Origin: an uncultured Alphaproteobacteria bacterium
Lineage (GTDB): Bacteria > Pseudomonadota > Alphaproteobacteria > CBDUZE01
Reading direction: 5' to 3'
Length of the DNA: 64,000 nucleotides
Assembly: GCA_965371625.1 (NCBI GenBank)
Contig: CBDUZE010000002.1
Location: forward strand, 177,668 to 241,667
The position numbers and the translations under genes were made by a program. A model generated the notes under the pieces. The model ran no database searches and was not told the DNA's origin. It was given only the letters and a program-made list of their open reading frames with translations. Below are positions 37,915 to 48,720 of this stretch, one piece after another. The first letter of the stretch is position 1. Each line of letters starts with the position of its first letter.

Positions 37915-39081
37915 GGTGGCGCCCGCTCGAGGTCGCAACCCGCGCCATCTCCCAACTCGCGATCACGGCCTGTTGCACCCATCTCAGGGGCATGCAGGAA
38001 CGGTGCAACTAGGTATCCAAACCCCACCAGACGAACAAATTCGCGGCGCGCCGGAGCCCCCTGATGGGGTGCCGCGCGCTTTTCACAAGCGCCGCCGGCC
38101 AACGCGAGAACGGATTATCGCAACCAATAGTCGGTACACATCAATGACTTCGACAAATCTTGGTCGGGCGAAAACGTGTCGGCGTTGGTGGAAAACCAAG
38201 CTGGGAAAAGCAAGAACTACGGTTGATTAGGCACCCAGAGAGGTATAGTATGCGTTCTTCGATCTAAATGCGGGAAAGTATCTTCTAGGTACTTTATGGT
38301 GATTGCGGCCTCACTCCCATTTTGTACAAATTCGGCTTAAGAATCAACATCTTGCAGCCGTGTTGCGAGCGAGGCAAGGGGATACCTGGAGGCTCAATTG
38401 AGTTAGGTCGCCTATCCAGACCGATTTTGATCGGCACCTTATGGTGAGTCTCTGAGCATAGAAGTCACCGCGGATGCCAGCCTGGTGGCTGTTGTGACCC
38501 AGACGAGACGCTCGGATTGACCGACATGTCCCAATCGATGCTTTTGGGGGTGTGGCACACGAGAGACTGTAGGTATACGAACTGGCGTCCGTTTCGGCAC
38601 TCGGTCATTGGTTCTCTAGCCGGACGCCAGGACATCACTGACCCTGGCCGCTTTTCGCTCCTTCTGGTAACCGCGAGCCGCCCGTCAAACACTGGCGAGG
38701 CATTGCAATCAGGATTGGACCATAGAGGGAAGGTGTGGATCAGAACCCTCCGCGACGCAATCAGGATCGATTGGCATTTGACCGACCTGGTTCCCGGGCT
38801 TTGTTCGATAGCCAGAGACCAAATTGCGCATCGTTTATCACGTCTTGTTTCACGCCTGCTACAGGGTCAACCGCGCGCCCAATTCCCGGACCGCGGCTGT
38901 GGCATCATCATTTCCGGATTACCGGACAGGTCGAGAGGCTTGACGACGCGGCAGAAAATCCCTCCTGGGGCGCGAGCCAATCACTATGGCCATCACTCGC
39001 AGCTTCTTCTCACTTCATAGTGACCACGGTGGAAACAACTGGGTAACGTCGACTTTAGATCGGGAAGCAAAGGAGCACAAG

Positions 39082-39936
39082 ATGTGTACATTTTTGAAAT
39101 TTCTGCTTCTGAGTGTGAGTCTTCTGGTATACGCGGCCTATATCCCCGGGGCGCTCAGTCAAGACCCCAGTTTTGTAATGAAACGTGCGGTAAAGTATTT
39201 CGACGATACCGCCGTGCCGCAAATCATAGGAGGTACGATTGCAGATCCATCGGACTGGCCGGCAACGTTTGTATTTATTAGTCCTCAGGGTGGCGGCTGT
39301 ACGAGCACTGCAATTGGCCCAAAGGTAATCTTGACAGCAGCTCATTGCATTGGCGATAACGCTAAGGGTATTGTGGAACTGAATGGACGCACGGTGGCAG
39401 CTGCATGCTATCATCATCCTGATTACCACAACAACGTGTCGGACACTGATCCGAAATGGTCCGAAAAGGTATCTCCAGACTTTGCACTTTGTATAACTGA
39501 CGACCAGCTTGCAGGGTTAGATTTCGAGAACATCGATAAGGAGGGAACCGAGCTCAAGCTTGGGCAGACTATCCAACTTGTTGGTTTTGGATGCAATGCA
39601 ATCGGCGGAACGGACAACGGGTTTGGCGTTCTATATGAAGGCAATTCCGCCGTCCAGAGCCTGCCCACGCCACCGAGCTACTATACGATAACACTCGGTG
39701 GTGCGGCTGTCTGTTATGGAGATAGTGGCGGTGGAGCGTACGTACTCTTAAATCCACCGGCAAAGGCACGTCGGGTTTTGATGGGTGTGGCCTCTCGCGG
39801 CAACATCTCCACAAGATCCTTGCTCTCGACAACTAGCTTGTCTGGCTTTATTTCTTGGGCTGATTCCTTAGCCGGGCGACACAACACGAAGATATGCGGG
39901 ATAGATACCGGTGTTCCAGGGTGCAGATCGATGTAG
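39082..39936 (+). CDS. Secreted trypsin-like serine protease (S1 family)
   Basis: RBS 'aaggag' then ATG. Signal peptide 'MCTFLKFLLLSVSLLVYAAYIPGALS'. Propeptide then 'IIGG'. Catalytic triad 'LTAAHC', Asp, 'GDSGG'. GC ~48%. Confidence 0.8.
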   Translation: MCTFLKFLLLSVSLLVYAAYIPGALSQDPSFVMKRAVKYFDDTAVPQIIGGTIADPSDWPATFVFISPQGGGCTSTAIGPKVILTAAHCIGDNAKGIVELNGRTVAAACYHHPDYHNNVSDTDPKWSEKVSPDFALCITDDQLAGLDFENIDKEGTELKLGQTIQLVGFGCNAIGGTDNGFGVLYEGNSAVQSLPTPPSYYTITLGGAAVCYGDSGGGAYVLLNPPAKARRVLMGVASRGNISTRSLLSTTSLSGFISWADSLAGRHNTKICGIDTGVPGCRSM

Positions 39937-40010
39937 GACCCGATTTACCTTCACCCTAGAAATCATAAGACCAATTGTGATGTCCCCGGCATAATGAGGA
40001 GTGTATCGGC

Positions 40011-42113
40011 ATGCTGAGATTTGGGAATAGATTGACCATAATAGTAATTACCTTTTGTCTTACAGCGTCCACAAGTTCGCGCGGTGACATGGTTACCTTA
40101 TTCGTTGTTAGCTCCGCGATAACAAAAGACGTCGTCGAATATGTGGCAAGAATCGGCAAGCCCCAACGCATACACGTGAAGAAGGGTCAGAGATTTTCGG
40201 ATATTTTGAGAGCGCGATGCGGTCGCCTCAATAACAACTTCATTAATTTATTGAGAACGTCATCGGCGACAGAATTGGGAAAATTGTTGAATTTGGATTT
40301 TGCGTATGAAAGAGATCAATTTATAGAACTCCCTGCGTGTTTGAGTTTGCCACAATATACGGCCACAGAGAGAATAGTTGAAGAAGATGACAGCCCTTGG
40401 GATTATTTTTCCAATGACTCTGCAGGATTTATGTATTTTGAGACTCCATCGCCAATGGTGAAACGGATTGTGGCTACAGCGGCAGATGCTCCGACCACCT
40501 TTATGGACGCCTTTGGGCACTTGAATCCCGGCTTCACATCCTCGGGTATCATTCACGAAGGAGAAGTGGTTCAAGTACCAAAAACACCGGCTGTTTGGTC
40601 ATCTCTGCAAATTCGGCCCGATATCGCAGCGTTTCTCGAGCCGGTCTCAGATGTCCTTGCTCGGCTCTTGATGGAAGGAGGACAAACCCGAGAAACTGCA
40701 CTTATTGAGAGACCAGAAGAAATCATTCTGTATGCACCTCTAACTAATGCGCAGCTGGTTGAGTTTAAATCTTGTCAGGCATCACAGACCTCAACAAATC
40801 TTGACTATGCCTTTGACCCAATGGAGTTAACGAAAGTTATCACCGTCAACAAAAGGTTCCTCCAAGAAGAGCGGCGGTCGACCCCAGATAGGACGACAAT
40901 AGTGATCCCGGATACTGGTCTCTATACCCATGGGAGGACACCATTTCATAACGGACGCTTGATACTGGTCGATCGGTATAGTCCTAGCGATCCCTACGCG
41001 AGCATTCGTCCTTCATCCAAATACCCGTATCGTCATCACGGCACCTACGTAGCTTCAGTAGCCCTGGGGGGCGCGAGCTTTCTGCAGGCATTCGATGTCA
41101 TGGGAGTGGATATTAAGATTGCGCCTATTAATATAATCGAAGAAAAAGAAAGGATATGCTGGCGTTCAAATGCGGCTGCATACAGTTGCCCTTACCATCG
41201 CGTAAAGACGGAGGCTTTCAACAATGCAATGGCAAGTGCCGAGACTCACAATGCCATTCTCAATCTTAGCGTAGGGCGCCTAACACGATTTATCGGCCTT
41301 GAAAAATATCTGAATAAGGATAGTAGTATATTGTTCGTTGTGGCTGCTGGAAACGCCGGCCAGTCACTTTCGAAAAGAAAGACCTATCCGTCACGGTATG
41401 GCGGGAGCAATAATGATGGGAAGTACAATCTGATATCGGTGGCTGCGCTGGACTTAGACGGCTCGAGAGCTGGTTTTTCAAATTATGGAAGCGAATACGT
41501 TGACATCGCGGCACCAGGTTGTCGTCAGCGCGTGTTTGAATACAATGATGAGTCACGTAGCTTCAGCTTCCAGAGGAAATCGGGCACATCATTTGCAGCG
41601 CCGTTGGTCTCGTTTACTGCAGCATTGATCAAGTCCTTTTGGTTGGGCGCGTCGCCGCGTAAAATCAAACACCGCATTATCACAGCTTCGGATATTTCCG
41701 AAGAACTCTGGGGGAAGGGCGAAGTGGCCGGTGGGCGCATGCTAAATGTTGTGAAAGCGGTTTCTTTGTATCAAGACATAGTAGAAGCTAGAGCTGATGG
41801 AGAATCCAGACTTATTCGGGGTGAGATAGATTCAAATCATCGGATTTTCGAGTTTTGTGATGGGAGACTCACGCTTTACCGAAAGGATAACCCAGGGCGC
41901 CCGCAAATAAAGAAAATTACACCTATTGCAGACCCGACATCTCAGGAGCCGAGAATTCTGGTTTACTGGACCAATGTTGAGGGTGTATTGAGGCCTGAGA
42001 TATGCGCGCAACAAGAAATTACCATAAAGATAACAGAGGATTTTACCGGGCGGGTATACGAGTTACCGACAGATAGTATAATCGACGTTGTTTTTTCGGA
42101 GCGGTTGAACTAG
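40011..42113 (+). CDS. Secreted subtilisin-like serine protease (S8 family) with N- and C-terminal extra domains
   Basis: RBS 'gaggag'. Signal peptide 'MLRFGNRLTIIVITFCLTAS'. Catalytic 'VIPDTGL' (Asp), 'HGTYVASVALGG' (His), 'GTSFAAPLVS' (Ser). GC ~45%. Confidence 0.85.
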   Translation: MLRFGNRLTIIVITFCLTASTSSRGDMVTLFVVSSAITKDVVEYVARIGKPQRIHVKKGQRFSDILRARCGRLNNNFINLLRTSSATELGKLLNLDFAYERDQFIELPACLSLPQYTATERIVEEDDSPWDYFSNDSAGFMYFETPSPMVKRIVATAADAPTTFMDAFGHLNPGFTSSGIIHEGEVVQVPKTPAVWSSLQIRPDIAAFLEPVSDVLARLLMEGGQTRETALIERPEEIILYAPLTNAQLVEFKSCQASQTSTNLDYAFDPMELTKVITVNKRFLQEERRSTPDRTTIVIPDTGLYTHGRTPFHNGRLILVDRYSPSDPYASIRPSSKYPYRHHGTYVASVALGGASFLQAFDVMGVDIKIAPINIIEEKERICWRSNAAAYSCPYHRVKTEAFNNAMASAETHNAILNLSVGRLTRFIGLEKYLNKDSSILFVVAAGNAGQSLSKRKTYPSRYGGSNNDGKYNLISVAALDLDGSRAGFSNYGSEYVDIAAPGCRQRVFEYNDESRSFSFQRKSGTSFAAPLVSFTAALIKSFWLGASPRKIKHRIITASDISEELWGKGEVAGGRMLNVVKAVSLYQDIVEARADGESRLIRGEIDSNHRIFEFCDGRLTLYRKDNPGRPQIKKITPIADPTSQEPRILVYWTNVEGVLRPEICAQQEITIKITEDFTGRVYELPTDSIIDVVFSERLN

Positions 42114-42202
42114 CGACGGCTACCAGAGATTCCTGGCCGGAGCGGTATTTCACTGCGGGGCCAAGTCGTGGAACAATGCTTCATTGGCCCGGCTACCGTG
42201 GC

Positions 42203-43024
42203 CTACCTCCCAACGAAAGTGCCCTTGCGGCGCTCGAGAAAGGCGCGGAGGCCCTCGGCCGCGTCGGCACTGGCGAAGAGCCGGCGCTGGGTGGGGCCGA
42301 AATCGGCGGCCGCCGCCTGGCGCCCATCGGTCAGTGCCTTGAGCGCCGAGGCGCGGGTCGCGGCGACGGCCAGCGGCGCCTGCCGGGCGATGGTAGCGGC
42401 GATCTCGAGGGCCCGGTCGAGCTCCTCGCCGGGCGCCGTCACCTCCTGCACGAAGCCCAGACGCAAGGCCTCGTCGGCGCCGAACTCGTCGCCGGTCAAG
42501 AGATAGCGCATGGCGTTGCCCCAGCCGGCGCGCTCGACCATGCGGATGGTGGCGCCGGCCGCCGCCATGATGCCGCGCGCCACCTCGTGCTGGCGGAAGC
42601 GGGTGTCGGCCGCGGCCACGGTGACGTCGGCGCCGAGCAGGAGCTCGATGCCGAGCGTCAGGCACCAGCCGCACACCGCCACCACCACCGGCTTGACGCG
42701 CAACGGCGGGCGCAGGCCGAAGGGATCGACGGTGCCCTCGGGCAACAGACCCTCGCCGGCGCCCATGCGGGCGACGAAGCGGTCGAGCTGGATGCCGGCG
42801 GTGAAGTTGCCGCCGTGGGCGAAGAGCACCCCGCATCTCAGGCCAGGATCGTCGTCGAGCTCCGAGTAGGCGGCCGAGAGCGCGGCCATCATCTCGGGCG
42901 TGAAGGCATTGAGCTTGGCCGGCCGGTCGATGCCGATCAGCAACAGATGGCCGCGCCGCTCGGTGGCGATCCGGCCCTCTGTGCCGAGCCGTGCCGGCGC
43001 CCCGTTCTCATTATCCTTGGTCAT
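42203..43024 (-). CDS. Enoyl-CoA hydratase/isomerase family protein
   Basis: Crotonase fold 'LLLIGIDRPAKLNAFTPEMMAALSAAYSELDDDPGLRCGVLFAHGGNFTAGIQL'. Confidence 0.8.
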   Translation of the reverse strand: MTKDNENGAPARLGTEGRIATERRGHLLLIGIDRPAKLNAFTPEMMAALSAAYSELDDDPGLRCGVLFAHGGNFTAGIQLDRFVARMGAGEGLLPEGTVDPFGLRPPLRVKPVVVAVCGWCLTLGIELLLGADVTVAAADTRFRQHEVARGIMAAAGATIRMVERAGWGNAMRYLLTGDEFGADEALRLGFVQEVTAPGEELDRALEIAATIARQAPLAVAATRASALKALTDGRQAAAADFGPTQRRLFASADAAEGLRAFLERRKGTFVGR

Positions 43025-43102
43025 CCCTTCGCTCCGCTTTATCCCTGATCGCGGTCCCGTGCAGCGGCCGCAATACCTGCAACGATCATGCTATCGTCGA
43101 TG

Positions 43103-43131
43103 TTGAAAACACAACATTTTTGTTGTATAAA
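43103..43131 (+). promoter_or_regulatory. Putative hicAB promoter (TTGAAA-17-TATAAA) with embedded palindrome ACAACA-ttttt-GTTGT
   Basis: Near-consensus -35/-10 in the only AT-rich stretch upstream of hicA. The inverted repeat at 43111-43126 overlaps the spacer/-10, as expected for an antitoxin operator. Confidence 0.4.
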
Positions 43132-43139
43132 GCCGTGGC

Positions 43140-43322
43140 GTGAATAGCAATCAGTTCAGAAGATGGCTGGCCAAGCAGGGCTGCACGTTTGGCAAGAAAT
43201 CCGGCGGCCACATCACTATATTTCGCGGTGGCAGAGAAAGCCAAATGCCGGTGCACGGCGGCCGCAAGCAGCTCGGCAAAGGGCTTATGGCAAAGGTCAA
43301 GAAGGATCTAGGACTAGAATGA
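43140..43322 (+). CDS. hicA: HicA-family mRNA interferase toxin
   Basis: 60 aa 'MNSNQFRRWLAKQGCTFGKKSGGHITIFRGG...MPVHGGRKQLGKGLMAKVKKDLGL' carries the HicA dsRBD-like motif. GTG start. Confidence 0.75.
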   Translation: MNSNQFRRWLAKQGCTFGKKSGGHITIFRGGRESQMPVHGGRKQLGKGLMAKVKKDLGLE

Positions 43323-43750
43323 GGTACAGCTACCCGGTTGATTTGACGCCCGATGATAACGACACCCTGCTAGTGACGTTTCCCGACCTGCCGCCGGCCA
43401 CCACGTTTGGCGAAGACGAGGCGGACGCCCTGCTCCATGCCCGCGACGCTCTGACCGCAATGTTCGTCCATTTCATGGACGAGCGCCGGGCGATCCCGCG
43501 TCCCTCGAAGCCCAGGAAGGGCCAGCGGGTTGTCGAGGTAGCGCCCCTGGTTGCGGCGAAGCTCGCCCTTTACGAGGCCATGCGCGCCCAAGGGGTGACC
43601 AAGGCGGCGCTCGCCCGGCGGCTCGATTACCACGGCCCACAGGTCGACCGGCTGCTCGATCTCCATCACAAATCGCGCCTCGAGCACCTGACGCGGGCTC
43701 TTGCGACGCTCGGCAAACGGCTGGTGCTCGAGGTTCGCGACGCGGCTTGA
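43319..43750 (+). CDS. hicB: HicB-family antitoxin (RNase H-like N-domain plus C-terminal HTH)
   Basis: ATGA overlap with the hicA stop. 'LLVTFPDLPPATTFGEDEADALLHARDAL'. C-terminal HTH 'VTKAALARRLDYHGPQVDRLL'. Confidence 0.7.
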   Translation: MRYSYPVDLTPDDNDTLLVTFPDLPPATTFGEDEADALLHARDALTAMFVHFMDERRAIPRPSKPRKGQRVVEVAPLVAAKLALYEAMRAQGVTKAALARRLDYHGPQVDRLLDLHHKSRLEHLTRALATLGKRLVLEVRDAA

Positions 43751-43828
43751 GACCGCGCCGGCGTGGGGTTGACGACCGGACGCCCGAGTGAGCCCAGACC
43801 CGCCATTCCGCGTCCGCCCCGACCTCCG

Positions 43829-44412
43829 ATGCCTGACCTGAGCCTCGAGGCCCGGGCGCGGGGCCCGGCCGCCGGCATCGACGAGGCCGGACGCGGGCCC
43901 TGGGCGGGGCCGGTGGTGGCGGCGGCGGTGGTGCTCGATCCGGCGGCTATTCCCGAGGGCCTCGACGATTCGAAGAAGCTCAGCCCGGCCCGCCGCCGGT
44001 ACCTGTTCGAGGCCCTGGTGCCTTGCGCCCGGGTCGGCCTTGGCGCCGCCTCCGTCTCCGAGATCGACCGTCTCAACATCCTCGGCGCCACCATGCTCGC
44101 GATGGCCCGTGCGCTGGCCCGCCTCGGCCTGGTCCCGGCGCTGGCGCTGGTCGACGGCAACCGGGCGCCGGAGCTGCCGTGCCCGGCGCTGACGGTGGTG
44201 GGGGGCGATTCCCGCTCGCTTTCGATCGCCGCGGCCTCGATCGTCGCCAAGGTCACCCGCGACCGGCTGATGGCGCGCCTGGCCGCGGCCCACCCCGGCT
44301 TCGGCTGGGAACGCAACGCCGGCTACGGCACGCCCGAGCACCGCGCCGCGCTCTATCGGCTAGGGGTCACCCCTCACCACCGCACGAGCTTCGCGCCCAT
44401 ACGTAAGATATT

Positions 44413-44431
<19 letters not shown>
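43829..44431 (+). CDS. rnhB: Ribonuclease HII
   Basis: '[22 protein letters not shown]', 'DDSKKLS' and 'VDGN' motifs. Confidence 0.85.
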
Positions 44432-45553
<1,122 letters not shown>

Positions 45554-45585
45554 GGCGAGGGCCCCGGGGCCCGCCAAGGGTGAGG

Positions 45586-46326
45586 ATGAAGCGCATCGCG
45601 CGGGCCGCCCGCCCGGCCCTCGTGGCCCTGGCCGTGGCCCTGGCCGTGGCTCTGACCGTGGCTCTGACCGTGGCCCTCGCGCCGGCCGCGGCGAGCGCTG
45701 CCGGCGAGGTCCACCGCCAGGTGCCGGTCGAGGTGGATCCCGCGCGCAACTACCTCTTCTACCTGCACGGCGCCTGGATCGAGCGCCACGGCCTCGGCCA
45801 ACCCCATCCCATACATGGGCCGTACCGCTTCGAGGACATCGCCGCGGCGTTTGCCGCGCGAGGTTTCGTCGTCATCGCCGCGGCCCGGCTCCGGGAAACC
45901 GTGGCCCCGCGCTACGCCGAGGGGATCGCGGATCAGGTTCGCCACCTGCTCGCGCGCGGGGTGGCGCCCGAGAACATCACCATCGCCGGCCATTCGAAGG
46001 GCGGCATGATAACGCTCGCCGCCGCCACCCTGCTGCGGGCGCCCACCATCAACTTCGTGGTCATGGCCGGCTGTGGCCGCGAAGGGAGCTCGTTTCGCCG
46101 CGGCTACGAGCGCTTCATCGCGCGCCGCGCCGCCGCGCTCCAAGGGCACATTCTCTCGCTCTACGACCGCGCCGACCGCGAGGCCGGGAGCTGCCGGCAA
46201 GCCTTGGAGCGGGCCATCCGGGTCGACGGCCGCGAGACCACCTTCAGCACCGGGCTCGGCCACGGGCTTTTCTACGCCCCCCGCGACCTGTGGATCGACG
46301 CGGTCGTGAGCTGGGTGGGCGGCTAG
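45586..46326 (+). CDS. Secreted alpha/beta hydrolase
   Basis: Signal peptide 'MKRIARAARPALVALAVALAVALTVALTVALAPAAASA'. 'IAGHSKGG' nucleophile elbow. Confidence 0.6.
   Translation: MKRIARAARPALVALAVALAVALTVALTVALAPAAASAAGEVHRQVPVEVDPARNYLFYLHGAWIERHGLGQPHPIHGPYRFEDIAAAFAARGFVVIAAARLRETVAPRYAEGIADQVRHLLARGVAPENITIAGHSKGGMITLAAATLLRAPTINFVVMAGCGREGSSFRRGYERFIARRAAALQGHILSLYDRADREAGSCRQALERAIRVDGRETTFSTGLGHGLFYAPRDLWIDAVVSWVGG
45620..45682 (+). repeat. 12-bp tandem repeat (gtggc[ct]ctg[ga]cc), about 4.5 copies, encoding a (VALA/VALT)n signal-peptide core
   Basis: Direct reading 'gtggccctggcc gtggccctggcc gtggctctgacc gtggctctgacc gtggccctcgcg'. Confidence 0.7.
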
Positions 46327-46395
46327 CCGTCGCCGACCCCGCCCTCCCGCACCGCGCGGTGGCAGGGCACGATGAGCGAGATCGGATTCGTGATC
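46327..46395 (-). pseudogene. Remnant of an O6-methylguanine-DNA methyltransferase (Ogt) C-terminus
   Basis: The minus-strand translation '*LRKRITNPISLIVPCHRAVREGGVGDG*' contains the Ogt active-site 'PCHR' motif. A 28-nt identical core is shared with the ada 3' end at ~54212-54239. It is bounded by stops on both sides. Confidence 0.45.
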
Positions 46396-46477
46396 CGCTT
46401 TCGAAGCTATCGCGCGCGCTACTTCGAGATGGCGCCGTTGTCACGGCCCAAGGCTCTGAGAAAGCACGCCAGCCTAA

Positions 46478-47488
46478 CTACTCGCATTCCCTGATCGACA
46501 ACCCTTCCGGCAGCACCGTATCGCGATCACCGCAGGCTGTGTCGAGCTGATCCTGGACCAACCCCCTTGCCAGCTTGAGGTTGGCGCCGCGCAGGTCGGC
46601 ATTTCCAAGCACCGTAGCGGTGAGAATAGACCTTGCGAGGTTCGCGTCCTTCAAGACAGCGTTCCTCAAGTCGGCTCCTTCAAGGTTTGCTCTCCCCAGA
46701 TTGGACTTCGTCAGATTGGCGTCACGTAACACGGCTTGCTGTAGATTCGCTCGTTCCAGGTTTGCTGATTCCAGATGAGCACCTTGCAGCTGAGCGTTGC
46801 TCAGATCAGCTCTTTTCAGCTTGGCGCGGCGCAAGTCAACGCCGGTCATTATTGCTCCTCGCAGGATCGCCCTTTCCAATTCAGCAAATTCAAGGGTAGC
46901 TTTCGCGAGGTTGGCTTCGCTCAAGTCAGCCTCTTTCAGGTCCGCTCCATTCATTTTGCAGCCCGTGAGTATGGCGCGCACCAGGTTGGCTTTCTGCAGG
47001 TCCACTCGGCTCAAGTTGACTCGCTTGAGATCCGTGCCACTCAAGTCGGCTTTCTCCAGGTCGGCCCCACTCAACTTGGCCCCTCGCATTTTCGCCCCAC
47101 GCATGTTGGCCTTTTCCAATATGGCCCCGCGCAGATCAGCACCCCCGAGCATGGCCCCTGCGAGGTTCGCCTTCGACAGATCCGCCCCGTTCAAGTTCGC
47201 GGAGCTCAGCATGGCGCGACTGAGGTTTGCGCCATGAAGATCGGCCCGTGCCAAGTTGGCCGAATTCAGGATGGCCCGACTCAGATCGGCGCCTTTCAGG
47301 CTGGCGTTCTGGAGATCGGCGCGCGCCAGATCGGCTCCTTTAAGGTCGCAATTCGGGCATTCTCTCGTCGCCCTTAGCACGTCCACGCTCTTCTTATCGA
47401 AGGCGTGGCCATTGACGAACGGTACAAGCACAGTCGCTACGGCGATAGACGCAATCGTCAGCGTCTTCAGTCGTAGTTTTCTGGTCAT
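46478..47488 (-). CDS. Secreted pentapeptide-repeat protein (copy A)
   Basis: ATG 'MTRKLRLKTLTIASIAVATVLVPFVNGHA' signal peptide. Then about 50 A(D/N)LxxA(N/D)L pentapeptide repeats. C-terminal 'CGDRDTVLPEGLSIRECE'. Confidence 0.8.
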   Translation of the reverse strand: MTRKLRLKTLTIASIAVATVLVPFVNGHAFDKKSVDVLRATRECPNCDLKGADLARADLQNASLKGADLSRAILNSANLARADLHGANLSRAMLSSANLNGADLSKANLAGAMLGGADLRGAILEKANMRGAKMRGAKLSGADLEKADLSGTDLKRVNLSRVDLQKANLVRAILTGCKMNGADLKEADLSEANLAKATLEFAELERAILRGAIMTGVDLRRAKLKRADLSNAQLQGAHLESANLERANLQQAVLRDANLTKSNLGRANLEGADLRNAVLKDANLARSILTATVLGNADLRGANLKLARGLVQDQLDTACGDRDTVLPEGLSIRECE

Positions 47489-47697
47489 CACAGGTTCCTT
47501 CTCAAGTTCCAATCTGCTGAAAAGCCCCTCCTTTGTCACTGATTTGGGTGATACGTTTCCTTATCAAACCCTCCATCCGCATCCGACATTTGCGCCAATT
47601 GCCGTGCTCATGCTATCTCCGCTGGGCCAGTGGGCCGCCGAGAGCGAAGAGCATACCGTGGCCGAGTTGCCGCCGCGCGGCATCACTGCTCGGCGCG
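46478..47697. repeat. Segmental duplication copy A (about 1.22 kb, ~93% identical to 49091-50307)
   Basis: Identity starts exactly at the PRP stop codon and extends ~210 bp upstream of the PRP start. Small indels in the 5' flank. Confidence 0.85.
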
Positions 47698-48287
47698 TCC
47701 TTCTCCTCAATTCGCCCATCAATCAATGATAGACATGGCGCCAGAAATGACAATCAGGATGTCCCCTTAATGTTCTACGTGAATCCCCTTAGCCAAGATC
47801 GCCCAGATGGCTTCTCCCGGCTGCCGACGGCGATAGCACAACGGACGTTCGTGCCACAACTCCCACACTAACCAGCACGGTAGGTCACGATCCTCCCTCT
47901 ACCTGGCTGACTGAGTTGGCGATGGGAAACCCCGCCAAACCGTCAACTCAGGCGCCAAGGGCACGCCTCGCCTTGGGGCGGCCTTGTTTCGGTACCGGGA
48001 ACCTTGAGATTGGCGCACCCCGTTCTCGGGACACAATTCATCGGCGCGCCTGAAGGCGTGGAGCGATGCGTCTCCGCCCTCTTGTTGGCTCGTCGAGCCG
48101 GCGCTGAATTTTCGGTTCTTCTCTCTAGAAAAAAGGAGCGACCCGGACGCCGCCCCTTAACTTTGCGCCGTTAAGCTTGCGGTCGGCCGCTGAGCGTTAC
48201 TTCATCTTCGCCGCGCGATTGGCCAATTTAAGAGCCTCTTGAAGCATTTGCTCCGCTCTTTCGGAATTATGGAGACCCATGCTGCGA

Positions 48288-48720
48288 TCAAGCAATACGA
48301 AGTTGATCATCGAGGCTGAAAACCGGTACTTCAACCCACTTCTTTAGGTGCGGCAAGGCCTTATTGCCTTCCTGATGGCACGCCATGCACGCGCTGCGAA
48401 CACCGGCGAATTTTTGCGAGGCCGGTGTCGCGACCATGAAGGTATGGGAGGAGACATCCCTTGGGTGTGGTTTACTGGCGGTCTTGTTTGAGCGATACCC
48501 GATCGTCGCCATATGACAATCGACGCATTTGACGCCAGCCTTCTCCATCGGGCTTCCCGCATACATCTTGGCATTGGGCCGCATGGCATAGCCGTTCTCG
48601 GAATGACAACTTATACACAACTTTTCAGGCTTCATGCGGAGTTAAGCGTTCTCCCATTTGCCGTGGAAGGTGTGACAGGTCACGCAGCTCATACCGGCCG
48701 TATTGAAGTGGGTACTCTTA
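48288..48720 (-). pseudogene. Fragmented multiheme c-type cytochrome (4 CxxCH motifs in two frames)
   Basis: ORF 48288..48635 has 'CISCH', 'CVDCH' and 'CMACH'. It has no signal peptide or TM. Immediately upstream, in another frame, 'PDFTKSTHFNTAGMSCVTCHTFHGKWENA*' carries a fourth CxxCH. This is consistent with a frameshifted and truncated NapC/NrfH-like or larger multiheme gene. GC ~52%. Confidence 0.5.

Noticed and set aside
38517-39020. 167-aa ORF in the protease islet lead region.
   Set aside because: No recognisable domain, and odd composition. Treated as probably non-coding or decayed, and kept only as a finding.
48181-48290. 27-codon ORF 'MGLHNSERAEQMLQEALKLANRAAKMK' downstream of the cytochrome fragment.
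   Set aside because: Too short and uncharacterised. Probably incidental within decayed DNA.
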